Shown here: positions 5,512-12,438 of the stretch, in pieces
How the letters are laid out: each line of letters opens with the position of its first letter
Position numbering within the stretch: the first letter of the stretch is position 1
Source of the DNA: Breznakia sp. PF5-3
GTDB taxonomy: Bacteria > Bacillota_I > Bacilli_A > Erysipelotrichales > Erysipelotrichaceae
Direction: 5' to 3'
NCBI RefSeq assembly: GCF_029504745.1
Contig: NZ_JAQFIQ010000057.1
Coordinates: 1-12,438 of the forward strand
DNA: 12,438 nucleotides
The notes under the pieces: model-generated
What the model saw: only the letters and a program-made list of their open reading frames with translations
What the model was told of the DNA's origin: nothing
Databases searched by the model: none
Made by a program: the position numbers and the translations under genes

Positions 5512-5702
5512 TGAAACAAATGTCAGTCATGCGGTTTATATCGCGTATGATTGCGGGAGTTATAATCGCTGTTCTACTGGGAAACTATATAGATGAAAAG
5601 TTGCATACGACACCATTTATTATGATTGCATTATTGCTATATGTAATCATTGGTAGTCTGTATCAGTTAGTGAAAGATGCTGGTGAAAATGATGCAAAGT
5701 GA
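5511..5702 (+). CDS. atpZ: AtpZ/AtpI-family small membrane protein (ATPase_gene1 type) preceding the atp operon
   Basis: 63 aa with two TM segments joined by GNYIDEKLHTTPF, matching the G-x-x-[LI]D-x-x-[LF]-x-T-x-P signature of AtpZ-like proteins. GTG 5511 overlaps the upp stop (taGTG). ATG 5520 or 5529 are alternative starts. Confidence 0.65.
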   Translation: MKQMSVMRFISRMIAGVIIAVLLGNYIDEKLHTTPFIMIALLLYVIIGSLYQLVKDAGENDAK

Positions 5703-6051
5703 GAAAATGTATAAACAAATTGAATACATAGCACTTGCTATCATCCTTGTAATTGCAGGGATCGTCATGATTGTTACCCAAGATTGGAAAGCACTCTTAG
5801 GTGTTGTATATGGCGGTGTGCTTAATATTATTGGGTTTCGCTGGATTGTAGTATCCAGTAAAAGCATTTTGAAAAGTGGCAATGCGACAAGGCTTGCTAC
5901 TGTGCATTTTGTACTTCGGTATTTAATCTACGCTGTGATGTTAGTTGTGGGAATGCAGGTAGGTTTAAATATAATATTTATGTTATTGGGATTTTTTAGT
6001 ATAAATCTTGCAATTAAGGTTTATACGATCAGAACACGAAAGGAGGTCTGA
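5677..6051 (+). CDS. atpI: ATP synthase protein I (AtpI)
   Basis: About 115-124 aa and hydrophobic (4 TM-like segments). Its position immediately before atpB is classical for atpI. The start is ambiguous (ATG 5677, 5689, 5692 or 5707); the first three overlap the atpZ end. Confidence 0.7.
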   Translation: MLVKMMQSEKMYKQIEYIALAIILVIAGIVMIVTQDWKALLGVVYGGVLNIIGFRWIVVSSKSILKSGNATRLATVHFVLRYLIYAVMLVVGMQVGLNIIFMLLGFFSINLAIKVYTIRTRKEV

Positions 6052-6053
6052 GT

Positions 6054-6761
6054 TTGGACGAAATAAACGGATTGCTTATTACGATTGGTGATTTTGAATT
6101 AGTTATTCATCAGAGTATTCTGATTTGGTTAGTCATCTGTTTGTTTGTGACATTGTTACTTGTTTGGGCAGGTAGTAAGATCAAAAAGGCAGATCCAACA
6201 AAGGCACCAACTGGAGTTGTATTGGTTTTTGAACAAGTCGTAAATTTATGTTCGATGGTGGTAAAAGGAAATTTGAATGAAAAAACATGGAAATATTTAC
6301 CATTCATGGGAACGATTATGATTGTAATGGTTATCAGTAATCTGATGGGGTTGTTAGGCTTACAGCCACCAACTTCGAATATTAGTGTAACGATAACGTT
6401 GACGCTTATGTTTATTGTCTTAATTCATGGAAGTGATATAAAGCTTCATGGAATTAAAGGGAAAATCAAAGCGTGGATGGAACCGATGGCAGGATTGTTT
6501 ATCTTGAATGTTATTGGGGATTTAGCTACACCAATTTCGCTTACGTTACGTTTGTTTGGAAATTTACTAGGAGGTACGATTATCATTTCGTTATTATACT
6601 TTATGATTGAATCCTTGCTTCCTTTTAGTGGAGTGTTGTTTGCTGTAACACCATTCCTACATATGTATTTTGATATCTTTACAGCATTTATGCAGATGTA
6701 TATATTCTTTACATTAACATCGTTCTATTTGGCAGATGCCATTGGAACAATGGATGATTAA
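6054..6761 (+). CDS. atpB: F0F1 ATP synthase subunit a
   Basis: 235 aa. The conserved stator motif ISLTLRLFGNLLGG contains the essential Arg. TTG 6054 lies 7 nt after AGGAGG (6041-6046). Confidence 0.95.
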   Translation: MDEINGLLITIGDFELVIHQSILIWLVICLFVTLLLVWAGSKIKKADPTKAPTGVVLVFEQVVNLCSMVVKGNLNEKTWKYLPFMGTIMIVMVISNLMGLLGLQPPTSNISVTITLTLMFIVLIHGSDIKLHGIKGKIKAWMEPMAGLFILNVIGDLATPISLTLRLFGNLLGGTIIISLLYFMIESLLPFSGVLFAVTPFLHMYFDIFTAFMQMYIFFTLTSFYLADAIGTMDD

Positions 6762-6791
6762 ATAATAAATTTTATTTAGGAGGAGAAAAAA

Positions 6792-7040
6792 ATGGAATTT
6801 AATGAATTTTTTGTAGCAGGTATGGCCGTATTGGGTGCTGGAATTGCAATGATTGGTGGATTAGGATCAGGAATTGGACAAGGGATTGCTGCTGGTAAAG
6901 GGGCAGAAGCTGTTGGACGTAATCCAGAAGCAGCTGGTAAAATTCGTTCTATCATGGTATTGGGAATCGCTTTGGCGGAAACAACTGGTATCTATGCACT
7001 TGTAATTGCATTGTTATTGATTTTTATAAAAGCAGCGTAA
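6792..7040 (+). CDS. atpE: F0F1 ATP synthase subunit c (Na+-binding-type signature)
   Basis: 82 aa helical hairpin: [21 protein letters not shown] loop and [17 protein letters not shown] second helix. AGGAGGAG SD upstream. Confidence 0.97.
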   Translation: MEFNEFFVAGMAVLGAGIAMIGGLGSGIGQGIAAGKGAEAVGRNPEAAGKIRSIMVLGIALAETTGIYALVIALLLIFIKAA

Positions 7041-7071
7041 TTATTCTTACATTTAAGGAGGGAGTAATCCT

Positions 7072-7593
7072 ATGAATATAAACATAGATAACTATCTGAG
7101 AATTGATTTAATGGATATGGGATTAGTCTTAATCTCTACTTTTTTGATAGTTGTAATTGCGCGTAAGTTTTTTTGGAAATATGCAAAAGAGTATTTAGAT
7201 GGTAGACAACAGCATATTCAAGAAGAACTTGATACTTCAACAAAAAACCTACAGGAGAGTGAAATACTGAAGGTACAGTATGAAGAAAAGCTTGCAGGTG
7301 CTCGTGATGAAGCGAATGAAATTGTTTCAGGAGCTAAGAAAAAGGCTAGTCAAGAGGCTGGGGAGATTGTGGCTGAAGCTAGAAATAATGCCCAAATCAT
7401 GAAAGAAAAAGCATTTCATGATATTGAGCGTGAAAAAGCAAATGTGAAAGAGCAAATTAAAGAAGAAATTAGTGAAGTTGCATTTTTAGCGGCGAAAAAA
7501 GTTGTAGAAAAAGAGTTGGATGATGATGTCCATAAAAAATATGTGAAAGATTTTATTGATCAAGCAAAAGAGGATGACAAATGGCAAGCTTAG
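7072..7593 (+). CDS. atpF: F0F1 ATP synthase subunit b
   Basis: 173 aa with a single N-terminal TM segment followed by a long charged helix (EAGEIVAEARNNAQ...). Its operon position is between atpE and atpH. AAGGAGGG SD. Confidence 0.93.
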   Translation: MNINIDNYLRIDLMDMGLVLISTFLIVVIARKFFWKYAKEYLDGRQQHIQEELDTSTKNLQESEILKVQYEEKLAGARDEANEIVSGAKKKASQEAGEIVAEARNNAQIMKEKAFHDIEREKANVKEQIKEEISEVAFLAAKKVVEKELDDDVHKKYVKDFIDQAKEDDKWQA

Positions 7594-8120
7594 CAGCAGT
7601 TCGTTATTCTCAAGCCCTTTTTGAATTAGGCAAAGAAGAAAAGAAATTAGATGTATTCAAAAAAGACTTAGAGAATATTGATAATGTTATTTTAGAAAAT
7701 CAAGAATTATCACAAGTGTTGAAACATCCACAAGTGGAAAAAGAAGATCGTAAAGCAATTCTTGTGAAGATATTTAAGGATGTAGATCCATTGATTATTA
7801 ATTTTTTGAAGTTGTTGGTGGATCGTAATCGTTTTCAAAGTATTCATGAGATAAAGAAGGATTATATTCATCTATACAATGAATTCAATGGTATTGAAAT
7901 TGCCTATGTGTATAGTGCAAAATCATTGGATGATGAAGAATTATCTTCCATTGTGAAGATTTTAGAAAAAAGATTTGATAAAAAGATTGAAGTTAAAACA
8001 AGAATAGATGAAACATTACTTGCAGGTATTCGTATTAAGGTTCATGGGGAAGTATTGGATAATACAATTGAAAACCAAATGAATCGTATGAAGGAGCAAG
8101 TGGTTAAAAAAGTACTATAG
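7581..8120 (+). CDS. atpH: F0F1 ATP synthase subunit delta (OSCP)
   Basis: 179 aa. The N-terminus AAVRYSQALFELGKEE and C-terminal LLAGIRIKVHGEVLDNTI are typical OSCP motifs. It overlaps the atpF end by 13 nt. Confidence 0.93.
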   Translation: MASLAAVRYSQALFELGKEEKKLDVFKKDLENIDNVILENQELSQVLKHPQVEKEDRKAILVKIFKDVDPLIINFLKLLVDRNRFQSIHEIKKDYIHLYNEFNGIEIAYVYSAKSLDDEELSSIVKILEKRFDKKIEVKTRIDETLLAGIRIKVHGEVLDNTIENQMNRMKEQVVKKVL

Positions 8121-8138
8121 AGAAGCGAGGTGGAAAGA

Positions 8139-9656
8139 ATGGATTTAAGACCTGAAGAAATCAGTGAGATTATAAAAGATCAGATCAAGCGTTATGATGA
8201 GACGCTAGAAATCAGTGAAACTGGAACCGTAATTACAGTCGGAGATGGAATCGCGCTTATCTATGGTTTAGAAAAAGCGATGGCTGGGGAATTGTTGTTA
8301 TTCCCTAATGATATTTATGGAATGGTTTTAAACTTAGAAGAAGAACATGTTGGAGCCGTACTTATGGGTTCTGATGCGAATATAAAAGAAGGCGATGAAG
8401 TAAAGCGTACGGGTAGAATTATCGAGGTACCAGTAGGCGATATGATGCTTGGAAGAGTTGTAAATGCACTTGGACAAGCAATTGATGGTGGAGAACCAAT
8501 CGAAAGCAAGAAATATCGTCCAGTTGAAAGAGTGGCACCTGGGGTTATGACGCGTAAGTCTGTACATCAACCATTGCAAACAGGGTTAAAATGTATTGAC
8601 TCAATGATTCCAATTGGAAAAGGACAACGTGAGTTGATTATTGGAGACCGTCAAACGGGAAAAACAGCAATTGCAATTGATACGATTTTGAATCAAAAGG
8701 GACAAAATGTGAAATGTATATATGTTGCTATTGGACAAAAGGCAAGTACCGTAGCACAGATTGTGGAAAAGTTAAGAGCAAAAGATGCACTTAGTTATAC
8801 AACGATTGTATCGTCAACAGCAAGTGAAGCTGCTCCTCTACAATACATTGCTCCTTATTCAGGATGTACAATTGGTGAAGAGTGGATGGAGAATGGTGAT
8901 GATGTACTTATCATCTATGATGATTTGAGTAAACATGCAGTAGCATATCGTACGATGTCACTATTATTAAAACGTCCACCAGGACGTGAAGCATATCCAG
9001 GTGATGTATTCTATCTTCATTCAAGATTACTTGAAAGAAGTGCGAAGTTAAATGAAGAATATGGAAATGGTTCACTGACAGCATTACCAATTATTGAAAC
9101 ACAAGCAGGAGATATTGCTGCCTATATTCCTACGAATGTAATATCTATTACCGATGGGCAAATCTTCTTACAGACAGAGTTGTTTAATGCAGGGGTACGT
9201 CCTGCCGTTGATAGTGGACTTTCGGTTTCACGGGTAGGTAGTGCTGCACAGGTAAAAGCGATGAAGCAAGTATCTGGATCTTTGAAACTGGAACTAGCAC
9301 AATATCGTGAATTACAAGCCTTTTCACAATTTGGTAGTGATTTAGATCCAACAACAAAAGCAACTTTGGATCATGGAGAACGATTAACAGAGTTATTGAA
9401 ACAGGAACAATATTCACCACTTAGTGTAGTAGATCAAGTATTGTCTTTGTTTGCTGCGAAATATCGTTTTTTGGTGAAGGTAGCAGTTGAGGATATAAAA
9501 GAATATGAAAAAGGAATGCATGAATTTATGCATACAAAATATGAAGGACTTGTTAATGAACTAGCGAATGAAGAAAGTATTAGCGACGATTTAAGTGAAC
9601 GTTTGAAAAAAGCTTTGGGTGAATATACAAAGGGTTTTGAAGCGTTGAAAGGGTAG
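8139..9656 (+). CDS. atpA: F0F1 ATP synthase subunit alpha
   Basis: Walker A GDRQTGKT, plus [13 protein letters not shown] and [23 protein letters not shown] 8139 ([13 protein letters not shown], with GAGGTGG at 8127-8133) is preferred over the ORF-track GTG 8130. Confidence 0.98.
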   Translation: MDLRPEEISEIIKDQIKRYDETLEISETGTVITVGDGIALIYGLEKAMAGELLLFPNDIYGMVLNLEEEHVGAVLMGSDANIKEGDEVKRTGRIIEVPVGDMMLGRVVNALGQAIDGGEPIESKKYRPVERVAPGVMTRKSVHQPLQTGLKCIDSMIPIGKGQRELIIGDRQTGKTAIAIDTILNQKGQNVKCIYVAIGQKASTVAQIVEKLRAKDALSYTTIVSSTASEAAPLQYIAPYSGCTIGEEWMENGDDVLIIYDDLSKHAVAYRTMSLLLKRPPGREAYPGDVFYLHSRLLERSAKLNEEYGNGSLTALPIIETQAGDIAAYIPTNVISITDGQIFLQTELFNAGVRPAVDSGLSVSRVGSAAQVKAMKQVSGSLKLELAQYRELQAFSQFGSDLDPTTKATLDHGERLTELLKQEQYSPLSVVDQVLSLFAAKYRFLVKVAVEDIKEYEKGMHEFMHTKYEGLVNELANEESISDDLSERLKKALGEYTKGFEALKG

Positions 9657-9659
9657 CTT

Positions 9660-10502
9660 ATGGCTAGTAAGTTAGAAATTAAGAATCGTATTCGTTCGGT
9701 TGATTCTACAAAAAAGATTACCAAAGCTATGCAATTGGTGGCTGCTAGTAAGCTGAGGAAATCGAAAGAACGAATGGAAAATAATAAGGAATATGCTTTT
9801 TATTTGAAAGATAGTGTGGATACTATTTTATCTTCAATTAAAGCGAGTGATCATCATTATTTAATGCCAAATAATTCAAAGCGAGTATTAACGATTGTTT
9901 ATACTTCTGATATGGGGTTATGTGGTGGATATAATGCCAATGTTTTTAAAATGATTCAAGAACATCTAAATCCAGAAGATCCGATGATTATTTTGGGTAG
10001 CCGAGGTGGAGCATGGGTAACAAGGCGTGGATATCAAGTAGTGAAAAGTTTATATAATGTTGATGAAGAAGCGTATGAAGATATTGTTGATGTTGCAAAT
10101 TTAGCTTTAAAAATGTATGTGGAAAAAGAAATTGGAACAATCCAAATATTGTATACAGAGTTTATTAATTCAATGTCATTTGAACCTAAAATCATAAAAC
10201 TTCTTCCGGTGGAGAGAAATTATGATTTGGAAAAAGATGTATTGATTCAAGATACTATTTTTGAACCAGATGGAGAAGCCATTTTGGATGAATTGGTTCC
10301 GCTTTATTTGAAGTCTTTGCTATATAGTTATTGGTTGGAGACGAAAACAAGTGAACAAGCTTCGCGTCAAAGTGCAATGGAAAATGCGACAGATAACGCT
10401 CAGGAGCTTCGTGATGGATTAGAATTGAAATTTAACCAAGCACGTCAAGCAGCAATTACCCAGGAAATAACGGAAATTGTTGGTGGAGCGAATGCTTTAT
10501 GA
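9660..10502 (+). CDS. atpG: F0F1 ATP synthase subunit gamma
   Basis: 280 aa. N-terminus IKNRIRSVDSTKKITKAMQLVAASKLRK and C-terminus ARQAAITQEITEIVGGANAL are gamma hallmarks. Confidence 0.96.
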   Translation: MASKLEIKNRIRSVDSTKKITKAMQLVAASKLRKSKERMENNKEYAFYLKDSVDTILSSIKASDHHYLMPNNSKRVLTIVYTSDMGLCGGYNANVFKMIQEHLNPEDPMIILGSRGGAWVTRRGYQVVKSLYNVDEEAYEDIVDVANLALKMYVEKEIGTIQILYTEFINSMSFEPKIIKLLPVERNYDLEKDVLIQDTIFEPDGEAILDELVPLYLKSLLYSYWLETKTSEQASRQSAMENATDNAQELRDGLELKFNQARQAAITQEITEIVGGANAL

Positions 10503-10518
10503 TAGAGGAGGAAGTTAG

Positions 10519-11925
<1,407 letters not shown>

Positions 11926-11926
11926 A

Positions 11927-12325
11927 ATGATTAAAGTTCGTGTGATAACACCTAATGGATTATATCTTGAAAGTGATGCTATTCAAATCAATGCCTGTAG
12001 TAAAGATGGCGAATTTGGTTTGCTAAGTGATCATATGCCAATGGTTGCAATGCTTGAAATTAGCAAATTGGAAGTAGTAAAAGAAAATAACGATATAAAA
12101 GAATATGCTCTTTCAGGAGGGATGTTACAGTTTAAGGATAATAAAGTAAATATCTTAACTGACTCAATTGAAGGAGAAGATGAGATTGATATTGTTCGTG
12201 CTCAAGAAGCGAAAGCAAGAGCAGAAAAACGTCTGCAACAACATGAAAGTGATGTGAATATGAGACGTGCTGAAATTGCATTGCGTAAAGCAATTAATCG
12301 AATTAATGTAAAATCAGATAAATAG
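11927..12325 (+). CDS. atpC: F0F1 ATP synthase subunit epsilon
   Basis: N-terminal beta-sandwich (VRVITPNG...GEFGLLSDHMPMV) and C-terminal helical hairpin (RAQEAKARAEKRL...RAEIALRKA). ATG 11927 (AGGTGA at 11916-11921) is preferred over GTG 11918. Confidence 0.95.
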   Translation: MIKVRVITPNGLYLESDAIQINACSKDGEFGLLSDHMPMVAMLEISKLEVVKENNDIKEYALSGGMLQFKDNKVNILTDSIEGEDEIDIVRAQEAKARAEKRLQQHESDVNMRRAEIALRKAINRINVKSDK

Positions 12326-12355
12326 ATATCAGATAATTCTGGTATCTTTCGTATT
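12324..12355 (+). terminator. Weak intrinsic terminator candidate at the end of the atp operon
   Basis: Stem AGATATCAG (12324-12332) / CTGGTATCT (12339-12347), 9 bp with one G:U. The loop is ATAATT and the tail is TTCGTATT. It is AT-rich with an imperfect U-tract, and it overlaps the atpC stop codon. Confidence 0.4.
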
Positions 12356-12413
12356 ATAAAGCTAAGAGATATCTTAATAAAACATTAGACTTACGTAAAT
12401 GTGCGTGAGAATG

Positions 12414-12433
12414 TGATATACTTCAATTAGGGA
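12414..12433 (+). promoter_or_regulatory. Extended -10 promoter and SD of a gene lying beyond the right edge
   Basis: TGaTATACT (12414-12422) fits the extended -10 consensus TGnTATAAT. No good -35 is present. AGGGAG (12428-12433) looks like the SD of a downstream gene not contained in the window. Confidence 0.3.
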
Positions 12434-12438
12434 GTGTT

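Noticed and set aside
5667-9724. Minus-strand ORFs 5667-5882, 6110-6307, 8315-8509, 8334-8579, 9184-9420 and 9434-9724
   Set aside because: They are antisense to strongly conserved atp genes (atpI, atpB, atpA, atpG). They have no SD and no recognisable domains, so they are shadow ORFs.

Overview
Low-GC (about one-third G+C by eye) Bacillota-type chromosomal segment, almost entirely + strand. The right 60% (4.9-12.3 kb) is a conserved housekeeping block: upp followed by a complete F1Fo ATP synthase operon (atpZ-atpI-atpB-E-F-H-A-G-D-C), the same upp-atp synteny as in Bacillus subtilis. The middle holds a TetR-family repressor divergent from a MATE efflux pump, separated by a 15-bp-arm palindromic operator that also carries both promoters. 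A CPA2 cation/proton antiporter follows. Only the left 1.4 kb looks accessory. It contains an AgrC/HPK10-type GHKL histidine kinase with an unusually short sensor domain. After it comes a 49-codon ORF absent from the ORF track, with its own Shine-Dalgarno (SD) site and promoter, that resembles an AgrD-family autoinducing-peptide precursor. That ORF is followed by a GGA-rich tandem repeat and a bidirectional terminator. No AgrB or LytTR regulator is visible in the window. The main twist in the housekeeping block is that the ATP synthase c-subunit carries the full Na+-binding signature (Q30...E63-T64-T65...Y68), which predicts a Na+-coupled enzyme. I see no CRISPR array, transposase, integrase, phage gene or recognisable defence gene, and I do not think the window holds a large novel multi-gene system. 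The incomplete, atypical agr-like module is the best candidate for something undescribed. All family assignments come from motif recognition by eye; no database search was run.
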